A stretch of DNA of 64,000 nucleotides from the NCBI RefSeq assembly GCF_001194135.2, contig NC_068982.1, positions 27,651,640 through 27,715,639 of the forward strand. Reading direction: 5' to 3'. The stretch is from Octopus bimaculoides (Eukaryota). The position numbers were made by a program, and so were the translations under genes. Shown here piece by piece: positions 35,752-47,831 of this stretch (the first letter of the stretch is position 1; every line of letters starts with the position of its first letter). The notes beneath the pieces were generated by a model. The model was given only the letters and a program-made list of their open reading frames with translations. It did not search any database and was not told where the DNA came from.

Positions 35752-36004
35752 CTGCAAGTATCAAAGAAGTAATTTAGATGACTAAACAAATTAAGGCTGT
35801 AAAACATTCTCCAACCATAGCCAAAAATTTTAATATCAATATGTAAACTTACCAATAAGTAATTAACCTATCTAATAAGAAAAACAATTTCTATCCTCTA
35901 AGTTTGAAGAGCTTTTTTATCAGAGTGGCATGCATTTAAAACTAAACCAATATAGAGTTAGTACTTATTTTAATTACTTCAGGCAAAACCAATTCTATTT
36001 ATTA

Positions 36005-36272
36005 TAGTTTTGTGCGGGTGGCACATAAAATACACCATTTTGAGCGTGGCCGTTGCCAGTACCGCCTGACTGGCCTTCGTGTGGGTGACACGTAAAAGCA
36101 CCCACTACACTCTCTGAGTGGTTGGCGTTAGGAAGGGCATCCAGCTGTAGAAACTCTGCCAAATCAGATTGGAGCCTGGTGTTGCCATCCAGTTTCACCA
36201 GTCCTCAGTCAAATCGTCCAACCCATGATAGCATGGAAAGCGGACGTTAAACGATGATGATGATAATGATGA
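36005..36272 (+). mobile_element. RTE-tailed non-autonomous retroelement (young twin of the 15240-15692 copy)
   Basis: Near-identical 3' 200 bp and (GAT)n tail. Confidence 0.8.
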
Positions 36273-37104
36273 TAGTTATGAGGTTAAGATGTTTGCTTTG
36301 CAGCTACAAGGTTCTGGGTTCAAAACCCATTAAGTGGCGCACCAAAGCTTTAGGTTGACTAAATGTCATGTAAATAAAATTTAGTTGGCTGAATGTGCAA
36401 TTGTGTATCAGATGACAAAGAACAATGACAAGTGGCAAAAATTTAAAAAAGGCAGAGTTAGAACAGACTTGTCCAACCAATACCAGCTTAGAAATTGTTG
36501 AAAATCCTTTTGATTTAAAGAAGCAAATGCATATAGTTTTTACATTGTGTGTATGTGTATGCCTGTGTTTGTATACATTGATGTGGTATTTGTGTATACC
36601 TTGTGGTTTTTATTTAAAGGGATACAAACTCAATACAGTGAATCTAGCTATTCATTAAATATAAGTTGATAAAATAAGTACTAGACTAAAATCACCCAAA
36701 AAAGTACCCCATTTTGCAGCAGTCCAATTAGTTAAACCAGTAAAAGTATTAAAAACCAAAAGTTTGAAAATATATGTAATTCCTGGCCCTATCAAATTTA
36801 ATCAACCCAAATGTAGATCTGATCACAAGATGTCTCAAAATAAGTTATTGATCTTAAATAGTTGAAGACTCTTTTCTAAATCTCTTTGGGTTTCTCTCTC
36901 TTTTTCTTTACCATAATACTATCAATTTATAATAGTCAAACATGATAACTAATTCATTCTGCTGGTGGTAACATTAACCTTTTTGATACCAAACAACTTG
37001 AGACTGACTCTGATTCCATGATAAAAGTCATCTAAATTAAAATCTCACATCAAAATTTCAAGTTAATTTATGTTCCAATCTTCAACTTAATAATAAAGTT
37101 CATC

Positions 37105-37525
37105 ATCATTGTTTAACGTCTGCTTTCCATGCTAGCATGTGTTGGACGATTTCACCGAGGACTGGCAAACCAGATGGCTGCACCAGGCTCCAATCTGATC
37201 TGGCAGAGTTTCTACAGCTGGATGCCCTTCCTAACGCCAACCACTCCAAGAGTGTAGTGGGTGCTTTTACGTGCCACCAGCATGAGCGCCAGTCAGGCAG
37301 TACTGGCAATGGCCACACTCAAAATGGTGTATTTTACGAGCCACCCGCACAGGAGCCACTCCAGCGGCACTGGCAACGACCTCACTCGAATGATTTTTCA
37401 CGTGCCAGTAAGGTGACGCTGGTAATGATCACACTCAAATGGTGCTATTTACGTGCCACCAGCACGGAAGCCAGACAGCTGTTCTGGCAATGATCACGCT
37501 CGGACAGTACTGTTAGCGCCCCACT
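37105..37525 (-). mobile_element. RTE-tailed non-autonomous retroelement
   Basis: catcatcattgtttaacgtc...ggatgcccttcctaacgccaacc. Confidence 0.8.
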
Positions 37526-37699
37526 TATGTCACAAAATTCTGCAATAATGTCAAAATTAATTGAAACAAAAGCAGTGTATTTTAATGAAAATAGGGTAAG
37601 AAAAGGGTTCTTCAACTTCATAAAATTTTGAAACATGTTAGAACACTGCCAACTAAGATAACACTCTTCGTAACAATTGCCCTGAAAAAACGTTTTGGT

Positions 37700-38600
37700 A
37701 CTTCTATGTAACTGGTTGGTACTCTACCAATTCTTCACTGACTACTTTTGACAGTAAATGTGTTTCACCTCTGACGCATCAGAGATAGCTAAGTGGGTGA
37801 CCAATACCATTCCTGTAGGGTATGTTCCTCCTCATCCTTCATAATACCCAGATGTACAAATACTATCCATGACACCTCCCATAACACACAAGATATTATG
37901 ACCCCTTGTCAAAAGCACTATCAATTTTCCATTTTTTGTACTTGCCACACCTCAACTTAGATTAGTCTGTAATGAGAGCACTTAACAAACCCAATGAATT
38001 TGCAACTCACTCATACACAACAAAGCCTCTCAAATACTCTCTCTGCCTTACCAATTTCATCCCCTCATACGAATAGTTGCATAACATGAAAACTTTTCTG
38101 ATCACTCCACCCTAACAAAGTGAGTGATCTAAGTATCTAGTCCATTAAACTCAAACTGTATGCTGCAGTGCTAGTTCCTATCCTCACTAAACTCTTCTGT
38201 GACCGTTCCTCAAAAGAGTACCCAACGTTTCAAAGGTGAAAGAAACAACAATAAACAAGGATCTTTAACTCTTTGAGGTTCTCTTCCATTTTTAGTGACT
38301 ATCAACAATATCTTATAGAACTAGATTTAATAAGACTTACTCTTTTTACACAAGGAAATAATCATGCAATATAACTTTACTACACATGATCAACTCACAG
38401 CTATAGCTCTCAAAGTTGCTCTAAATACTATAGTTCTTGTTAAACAATTTCTAATGACCTCTCATGGTGACCTCACAATATAACTGTTAAATCTTCGTTT
38501 CAAACACTAGCCATCTTCTTCAAAGTCATATATATAAGGCTACACCATTGGTTCACAGACATTGTTTCTTCTCTACTATTTAAATCAGTGCTATAATGCC
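37700..38600 (-). mobile_element. Probable decayed LINE RT fragment
   Basis: Minus strand gatagtgcttttgacaagg (SAFDK-like) near 37905-37925; otherwise heavily degraded. Confidence 0.35.
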
Positions 38601-38623
38601 ATCTGCTCCTTTGAATAAGTTAC

Positions 38624-38810
38624 CTGCAAACCGCTTCCGCTACGGTTCACTCGATACACTTCCTTTTTCTACCTTGGAGCTGCAACGCTCAAGAATTTTC
38701 TCTCTCTCTCTCTCACGTTTTCCCTGAAGAATTTCTAGTTAAGCATTAATTTCATCGCTCTCTCACGTCTAGGAGGCCTAGAAAAGATCAAAGGCGCTGC
38801 TCGACCTCTT
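38624..38810 (-). other. Candidate non-coding or poison exon of RNPS1
   Basis: ttattagttag acceptor, gtaact donor, GC-richer than flanks; stops in all three frames. Confidence 0.45.
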
Positions 38811-40345
38811 CTAACTAATAAAACAAAAACATTTGTTGTAAATAGTCGCTTTACATTTGACCTGTGTAATACAACAGTATTATTCCACGAAATAGTTTAA
38901 TATTCATTTCACTGAAATATGAAATATCAAAGGGTGAAAAACACAAGGTATTACATCCCTTTGTATGTGCCCCCTTTCTCTGAATGTTTTTGTTTAGTCC
39001 CAGATCAGACATTGCATCGATCTCGGTCTCAGTCTTTATGGCTAAAATTTGGCTGCTACTTCGTGCAGGTCGAGAGACCACTACTCTATGTCAGTTAATA
39101 TCAAGTGTAAGAATATTTGAACCGACGAAGGAAACTTCTACGCAGTTGTACAGCTTGCTAGAAATATCAAGCAAAATCTTCAAATTAAAAACCGCCGTTT
39201 AAGAATAGGAACACACTGGATAAATGTAGTTGGACAGACTGAAAAAAGTCGTGGCTGGTATAGATCTTTACGATAAGGGTTGACCAGGGGCTCAGTTACA
39301 ATAATACACTGATTAAGTATAATTATAAAAGGTAAAAATCAGGATATATTTTGAAATTTGGCAGAATTCACTGATTGTGGGCCATAAAAAATACTGAGAA
39401 CACAACGTAGTGTAATACAAGAGAAACACAGACATTAAAAAACCACTCATACTTTAATCTTTATACTTAATAGAATAATAAATACTAACAACCAAACGCT
39501 AAGAGCAGTACATATCCATGGAACCAAACTGATTAAATTTCGTATACGCAACTATAGCAACCGCTGACCCACAGATTTCGACATAAGAACATGAATAGTG
39601 AAAAAGGAAGCAAATAAAAGGTCAATGGAGTTTTAAAAGAAGTAAGAGAAGTTGTAGGAAGTTTCCTGAGATGGATTGGCGTCTTCTCCAGGAGAGGGTT
39701 TATCTACCGTCTGCATAACGCTGGGAAAACCAAGACTGGACCTACGAATTCTCGTGATTCGTGAAAGAGTTAAATAATATTAAGGTTTATAACATTTCCA
39801 CATCAGTTCATCTGAATAAAGGGAAAAACTGACTGCATAGTTGGCGGTTGATAGGTAACAAAAATAAAATAAAAGCCGAGTAATTTCTAGATAGACAACG
39901 ATGCAAATAGCAATAAAAAAAAAAAAGAAACATGAAATGTTTTGACTTGATGGCCATTGTTATTACCGCTTTCTTTTTATTTTTTCAACTTGTCTAACTC
40001 CCTGGTCAAATAGCTACACGTACACAACGTCCATTGTTCGTTAATTAAACATGACTTGTACATGCCTGTTTTAGTATTGGAATGTTAAAACGGTAAGCGA
40101 CAATAAACAACATTTAGGACGAATTATGGCTAAAAAATAATGAATATTAGGAAGAAAAGATACAATTCAAAATCAAAAATGTGTTTACGAAGATGTACTA
40201 AGAATAGAAAGAAATAGAAACTAATGAAATTTATTAAATCAATGAGTGTTTCTCTCCTTTTTCTTTTCAGTTTCTTTATTCAAAAATGGCAAATAAAAGG
40301 AGATTTTGTGGCTAAAGCTTTACCGGTTTCACGTGTTGTATCCAT

Positions 40346-40698
40346 CTTGTCGGGACTATTAACAGCAAGTAGAAAAGATCACAGAAACAAAGTCAATAGA
40401 TTTACAAAATTACACATTAAAGGACACATGCATACAACGAAATAAAATACTCGACTATGGAATGTTTTTAAAAGGTTTTGATTTTACGGTAAATAATGGA
40501 ATTATTGAAAAAAAAGTCCCCAAAAAACTTACATTGTAACAAAAATATTATAAATCCAACGCTTGTTTAATGGTCGTCGTAGAAGTGAGGGGGGGTATTA
40601 AAAAGTCAACTTTTGTATGGAGGATTCTGATTGGTGGAAATGCAACGAGGTAACTAAACGAACTAATCAAATTGAATGAAGCATTTATCAAGATAAAG
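40346..40698. promoter_or_regulatory. Probable divergent promoter region between RNPS1 and EEF2KMT
   Basis: Head-to-head arrangement; AAGATGG start contexts at 40345(-) and 40699(+); AAGATGGCGGC resembles a YY1 site. Confidence 0.45.
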
Positions 40699-40800
40699 AT
40701 GGCGGCGTGTGTGAGTGGCAGTTCCTTGGAAGATAAACTTCTTTGGGAAACTGTAACTCAGTTCTTCGAAATGGTGCCTATAAGAAAAATGAAATGGGGT
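40699..40800 (+). CDS. EEF2KMT: EEF2KMT exon 1
   Basis: ATG in aagATGGCG; gtaagt at 40801; phase 0. Confidence 0.85.
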
Positions 40801-41356
40801 GTAAGTTACTCTTAGATGCAATGCCATCTGTTATTCTACTTCTTTCGCTGTTCATACTTAATAACTGTTCTTTTGTTTCTTCAGAATACATTTATCCTCT
40901 TCTTTGGGATATTAAATTATTTTATTGTTTTCTTTCTTCAAGCAGAATCTGTTTACTTAAAAACCATCTCTGCTGACATAATTTAATGTTTTGTTTTGTT
41001 GTATTTCATACGTAATTACTAAACAAAACAACGATATATAATTACTTTCATCTCTATAGATGTTTTTGTTTTTAATTTATATTTCACACTTGCAATGAAA
41101 AGCTACATAATTATTGCAGTTTGATGTTTTTAAAAAGTGCTTCATTAAAAAAAATAAAAATTATCAATTCGTTGATGCTTCATCTCAATGTTTAATTCTT
41201 TTTTTCTTCATTACCTTTCAAATAAATATAACCATTTTCATGTGTACCGAAATTCATTACGATCAAATTATGTAAAAATTTGATTACAAAAATTATCTTT
41301 AAAACAAAAATAAATATGACGCCTCATTTCAAATTTATTTGTTAGCGGTCCATCTT

Positions 41357-41428
<72 letters not shown>

Positions 41429-44400
41429 TACACTAATACGGTGACCTTTTTGAGAAACCGTGATGAAGTGAAATAATAATTACCAAGTGCTAATTAGACG
41501 ATTCTTTGAATAAAAGAAGATTTATGAATTTGTTGTTGAATTATGATTATTCCATGTATCTATCACAATCTTTAACAAAAATGCTGCATTTCACACTTTA
41601 TCCATTCAATCTGAAATCGATTCTGTCTATACGGAAATTAACATTGAATGAGAAGAAAAAATGTTTTCGCGATTATAAATTTTACAGCTAGTATATAAAG
41701 CAAGTGCCGCTAATGTAAGACTTAGGCCGTTGACGATTATATTTATCTGTTATCTAAAAAATTTGTATTTGGTATCTAAGAAATACATACCAGTAATGTA
41801 TTGTGTGGTCAAACAATCTACTGCATCCTTTTAAAATCGGTTTTGTGTTTTAAGACGTTACTAAACTGACAAGATTAGTTTAGAAAAAAAAACCCAAAAC
41901 TGTTTTACTGTATCTTGTATGTTCATTGAATGCTTGTGATCATTTTAAATATATTATGTGAGCTTATTTTATGAAACCAATTATTCCAAGTCAATTTCGC
42001 AAAACCCTACAAAAAAGTTTATTTTTTCTTTTTCAGAATTATACTTTTGAAGGATCAGAACTGGGACCAGAAACTCAAAAGAAGGTTTTAAGTGCCACTG
42101 TAACCAGTCCTCTTTGTGAAAAATATCCACCCTCTCTTACTTACCAACGTAATTTTGTGAAACATTTCCTTCATAAAGTAAGTAATTTGTTACTAGTAAC
42201 AGTTTTCTTCTATCCTGCTTAATTATCATTTTTAATTGTCATGATTAATGGCACTTATATCCTGATCATCATAAGTGTCTTTATGTGGTTTTTAATTTTA
42301 TTTTAGAATCTTGAAATAGTTATATTTTCCATATAGTTTTATTTGATACTGGCACCATAGAGAGGGTAAACACCCAGCATGCAAAGACTGCAACTTGGCT
42401 TTAATTCCTGATTATTGCTATATCAATTCACTTATGAACAGATGTCTTCTTGAAGTAATGAGCTTGTCTGAAGCAGGCAATGGAAAACTGTCTAAAGATG
42501 TCATCAGTTTACCTTTTGAATGCAATATAATATTCCATACTTGTATACAATATACATAATCTATTTGCTTCAGTATACATATCTGGAAAATACCATACTC
42601 GATGACTAGCACCTGCGCCAGTGGAGCCTTAACAGCACTGTCCGAGCGTTTTCATTGCCAGAGCAGCTGTCTGGCTTCCGTGCTAGTGGCCTGTAAATAG
42701 CACCATTTGAGCATAATCATTACCAGCGTTACGGAGATGCACTTGCATAGCAAGTGACCTGATGCAGCACAGAATTTTGTCAGTGAACAGGTCGCGGTCT
42801 CAAAGCGACGAAAATATTTTGACAAATTAAATTTAAATGTTGAAGTGAATCTAACGAATTTTGTGTGTTATTTTAAATGGCTTATAAACACCTTCCACAC
42901 TGCAATTACCAGCGTTGCTTTCTAGAAAATCATTCGAGTGAGGTCGTTGCCAGTGCCACTAGACTGGCTCCCGTGCAGGTGGCACGTAAAAGCACCCACT
43001 ACACTCTCGGAGTGGTTGGCGTTAGGAAGGGCATCCAGCTGTAGAAACTCTGCCAGATCAGATTGGAGCCTGGTGCAGCCTTCTGGCTTGCCAGTCCTCA
43101 GTCAAATCGTCCAACCCATGCTAGCATGGAAAGCGGACGTTAAACAATGGTAGTGATGTTATCACTGTCAATTACTAGGTTAGTTTTATAAAAATTATTC
43201 AGCTATAAAACTTTTGTGCAAATTTAGGAAGTCTGAGTATGGAGTTCTATGAGGCTGATAGAAAAAGTTCCACCAAGAAGCCGTTAAACATAGTTGATTA
43301 ACAGTTTCAGAATCCATATTATTTCTATTCTATCTTTTTTTTTTTTTTTTTTTTTTTTNNNNNNNNNNNNNNNNNNNNNNNNNNNNNNNNNNNNNNNNNN
43401 NNNNNNNNNNNNNNNNNNNNNNNNNNNNNNNNNNNNNNNNNNNNNNNNNNNNNNNNNNNNNNNNNNNNNNNNNNNNNNNNNNNNNNNNNNNNNNNNNNNN
43501 NNNNNNNNNNNNNNNNNNNNNNNNNNNNNNNNNNNNNNNNNNNNNNNNNNNNNNNNNNNNNNNNNNNNNNNNNNNNNNNNNNNNNNNNNNNNNNNNNNNN
43601 NNNNNNNNNNNNNNNNNNNNNNNNNNNNNNNNNNNNNNNNNNNNNNNNNNNNNNNNNNNNNNNNNNNNNNNNNNNNNNNNNNNNNNNNNNNNNNNNNNNN
43701 NNNNNNNNNNNNNNNNNNNNNNNNNNNNNNNTTTTTTTTTTTTTTTTTTTTTTCAATAAGTACATTAATAAAATCTACAGTTCTAACTCCTGATACATAT
43801 TCAGTACTTATAAATTCAAACTACAGTCTCTCACAGTTAAAAATGGTAAATATCTTGTATTAAGGTCATCATCATTGTTTGAATATCTGCAGCATGATAA
43901 ATTGCTGTTCGTCCCATTCTATGAAGTCCAGCATCTTGAGATCTGGCTTATTCATTTCATTGGCCCCTCTTTCCTACAGGTATCTTACCTTGTCAGTGCT
44001 TAGCACTTTTTCACCTAGTACTCTTTGTCTATTCACATCACATGTCCATATCAGTCCAGTAACTTCATTTGGCTACATTGGCTGAGGCTTTTAAGACCTA
44101 GTCAGTCTCCCATCAGTTGTGCCAAGGAGAATCCTAGTGTTCACAATAATTTGCAAATCTAATTTTCTCACAAGAATAGAGTTGATCCAGCTCCCCTGCC
44201 CTATATAGTAGTAGGTATCCTGTTGGTTAGATGGGTTTTTTAATCTTCAGTTTTTCATTGTGTACCATAGCCATATCTTATCAGAATAGTTATCCTGGCG
44301 TTTCCCAGTACAATCATTAAAATTGCCTGCTGTGATGTCTATATTTAACTGTTTCACAGCCACACTTATTTAACAATATTCAAAATTGGTGTTAAGAAAG

Positions 44401-47400
44401 GTATCCAGCAATAGAAATAATGCAAAAACTTGTACATACGAGCAAGATGTAGTCTTCTTTCTCTTCAAAAAGGGCAGTAACTCCAAATAATAACTGACTT
44501 GGACTGCCATCATGGAAAACATGCAAAACGATGATGATTGTTAAATTTTTATTTTCTATCTCATTAGGTATAGGACACAGAAACATAACATTGAAGTGTG
44601 ATTACGGTCTGTTTTCAAAAGGATTCTCTATACGCAATTGTTTTTACAAAAACTCATTTTTAGACAAATGAACTGTTATGTAAATGTACAGAATACTTTA
44701 AATACAATGTAAATTAACTGTGTATGTATTCTTTTACGTATGTGATTATATTTAACTTGTTTATTCTTTATAGCCTTCATCTAATACAGTGAGCCTTCAG
44801 GAATCTGTTCACCTGGTGACACAAGGTACAACTGGATTAAGCACATGGCAGGTATGTCTAATTATAAGATCTGTCAAACTGTTTTTATCTATTTATTTCT
44901 ATATTTAAGAGATGAGGAATTATGTACATTATTTACATTTGACGGATATGTCCTCATCTTGCTTGTTATTAACACAAAATTTCAGCTGATATACCCTCCG
45001 GTCATCATCAGGTGTCTTGGGGAAATTTCGAACCTGGGTTCTCATGTTATTATTATTACTATTACTGATCAGGTCACTGCCTGGAATCGAACTTGGAATC
45101 TTGGGGTTAGTAGTCCGCACTCTTAACCAGTACAATGGAGTGAATTTTAGGGCTTATAAATCTAATATTTTCCTACCCTTTCTTAATACCGGTTCCCATA
45201 TGCTACTCATATCTGCATTTGGTCTACTTAGGATACAACAACCTCCTAGCAGACCAAGTGCGGATATGAGTAGCATATGGGAACCGGTATTAAGAAAGGA
45301 TAGGAAAATATTAAAATTTATAAGCCCTAAAATTCACTCCATAATTGCCCACGGGCATATGGTGTAGTGGTTAAGAGCACGGACTACTAACCCCAAGATT
45401 CCAAGTTCAATTCCAGGCAGTGACTTGAACAATAATAGTAGTAATAATAATGATATCAGAAAATACCTTAGGAATGAGAACCCAGGTTCGAAATTTCCCC
45501 AAGTCACCTGAAGAAGGTTGGAGGGTATATCAGCTGAAACATTGTGTTAACAACAAACAAGATTAGGTCAAATGTAAATATTGTTGTTATCTAGTGATTA
45601 CATTTTATGTTGATGTCGGGGAATAAAAATGACTGTTGATCTTACAAATAGACATTCTCATAAAATTTATTTCAATAGTTAAAATAATAATGGCTATTTC
45701 TATCTACAGTTTATTTATGCAGGATCTTAACGTTTTACAATGGTGACGAAATAAGATGTGGACATAAGATGGAGTTAAGTCTCTTGGTTATTGATTTAGG
45801 ATTTTTTTCGATTTGAGGATGTTGAAATATCCTTAGATTTAGTTTCATTGGCTTCTTAATTTATTGCTTTTAGCTATTTAACTTACCCTCTCACGACGAT
45901 TAATCAATCCAGTATTAAACTCTTTCCATTTTATTTTTAAGTAAGACTAATATATTCCTTTAACATATTGCTGCCTTCTTCTTTCTTGTCTAAATATAAC
46001 AAAGTAAACTAATTTAAATAAAAATTGCTTATTTTAGTTAGAAACAAAGTCAAGGCTACAGAGTTGACTTGATTTATTGATATTAATGGTGTTACATTTT
46101 ACATTGGTGTGTGATAAAAGAGGTTTGCTTCCCAACTACATGGTTTTGATTTCAGTCTCACTGCATGGCACCTTGGGCAAGTGTCTTCTACTATATCCCT
46201 GAGGTGACCAAAACATTAACTGGAGTTTGTAGACAATTGAAAGAAGCTCATCGCGTGTGTGTGTGTGTATCAAGAGATGGCTTCCTATGGAAGGAACACA
46301 TCACCAACAATGAAGTCCTCCAGCAGGTCACGTTTCATGCATGGACAATGGGCAGGCCATGTTTCATGCATGGACAAATCCAGAATGCCAAAAGTCATAT
46401 TCTACAGGGATCTCAGCCAGGGCGAAAGAGACAGAAGAGTAAACACCACCACTCCCAAAGCATTTTAAAGACTGAAATACCAGCTTCCTCCAGATAGAGA
46501 TAGACTCCACGTGATGGGAGAAAGTGGCAATACCTGGGAAAGTATGGCATCCAGACCATTGCAAGCAACTTTGAGAAGGACAGAGCAACTGCAGCAGCTG
46601 AGAAATGCCAAATGGCTCCCATCTGAGCAAAACCTACATATTTGCCCAAAGTACCTCAAAGCCTATCAGTCAAGGGATCAGTTTACATAGCCACTTAAGG
46701 GCTTGCTGCTTTTCCTCATGATTTTTTCGACATGAACTGCCGTCATTATTGTGTGTATGTATAAGCATTTAACAGCTATCTTCCATGCTGGCATGGGTTG
46801 GACAGTTTGACAGGACATGGCAAGCCTGAGGACTATGCCAAACTCCACTGTCAGAATGGACTGGCTTTTTTTATATGGCATCAGCACCAGCGAGGTCTGC
46901 TTTGGCATGGTTTTTACAGCTGGGTGCCCTTTCTAACACCAACCACTTTACAACAGACTGGCTGCTTTTTACATGACACCAGCACCAGTGAAGTCTTTTG
47001 TGGCATGGTTTTTACAGCTGGATGCCCTTCCAAACACCAGCCACTTTACAGAGTGGACTGGGTGCTTTTTACATGGCACCAGCACTAACAAGGTCACCAA
47101 GTAACTTGCTAGACAAAGATCCTTTGAGAGGAGGGCTGGTGTTGAAGGAGGTGGCTTTGTAACAGGTGATGAGAGGTTAGAGGAAGGACAGAAGCAGGTA
47201 TCTTGCTGTAGAGATAGATGATACCTGGTTGCCCCAGTTAGAAAGAGATGGTGGTGATGTACCATGGACATACTCTCGTAGTACTCTCATCATCATTTAA
47301 CATTCGCTTTCCATGTTGGCAGGGTTGGATTGTTTGACAGGAGATGGTTAAGCAGAAGACTGCACTGGGCTTCAGTGTCTGTTTTGGCATGGTTTTTTTT

Positions 47401-47796
47401 ACAGCTGGATGCCCTTCCTGAATGGGATGGTTGAGGATTGTCCAGGTTGTGTGATTAGGAAGTTCACACAATTCCAAAAAGGGATTGGGGAGGGCAGTGA
47501 CTGGTGACAGGGGAAACAACAGGATAATGATACAGTTGGCAGGGCAAGGAGGATAGAATTGGGCTGCAGGAATGGGGAGGAGGAGATAGATATAGTGCAT
47601 GAAGAAGAGATGTAATTTGGTTTATTGGAATAGGGTTGTGAAAAACTAAATGTTAAATGTGGGTGGAAAACACACTGCTTCCAGAACTCAGTTTCACTGA
47701 GGTGGGCAGGTCTTCTCAAGAATCTCATATCCCCAGAAATCTCAGTCCATCATTATCTCTTCCATGAAGCCCAACATCTATATATATGTTTTTGTG

Positions 47797-47831
<35 letters not shown>

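Larger units (their letters stand above)
44930..45580. mobile_element. 651-bp foldback element with tRNA-like module and Penelope-type hammerhead motif in each arm
   Basis: Arms of about 300 bp fold around a loop near 45230-45246; motifs at 44971-45016(-) and 45503-45548(+). Confidence 0.85.

Noticed and set aside
43294-43863. 189-aa and 146-aa ORFs
   Set aside because: Artefacts of the N gap and flanking poly-T.
44392-44586. Minus-strand ORF as a possible inverted copy of the missing EEF2KMT exon
   Set aside because: None of the three minus frames resembles the expected ELYE...YKTY-type segment.
45353-45425. Functional tRNA gene with ACT anticodon
   Set aside because: No acceptor stem and a mismatched anticodon stem; it is embedded in a repeat and mirrored at 45072-45130.
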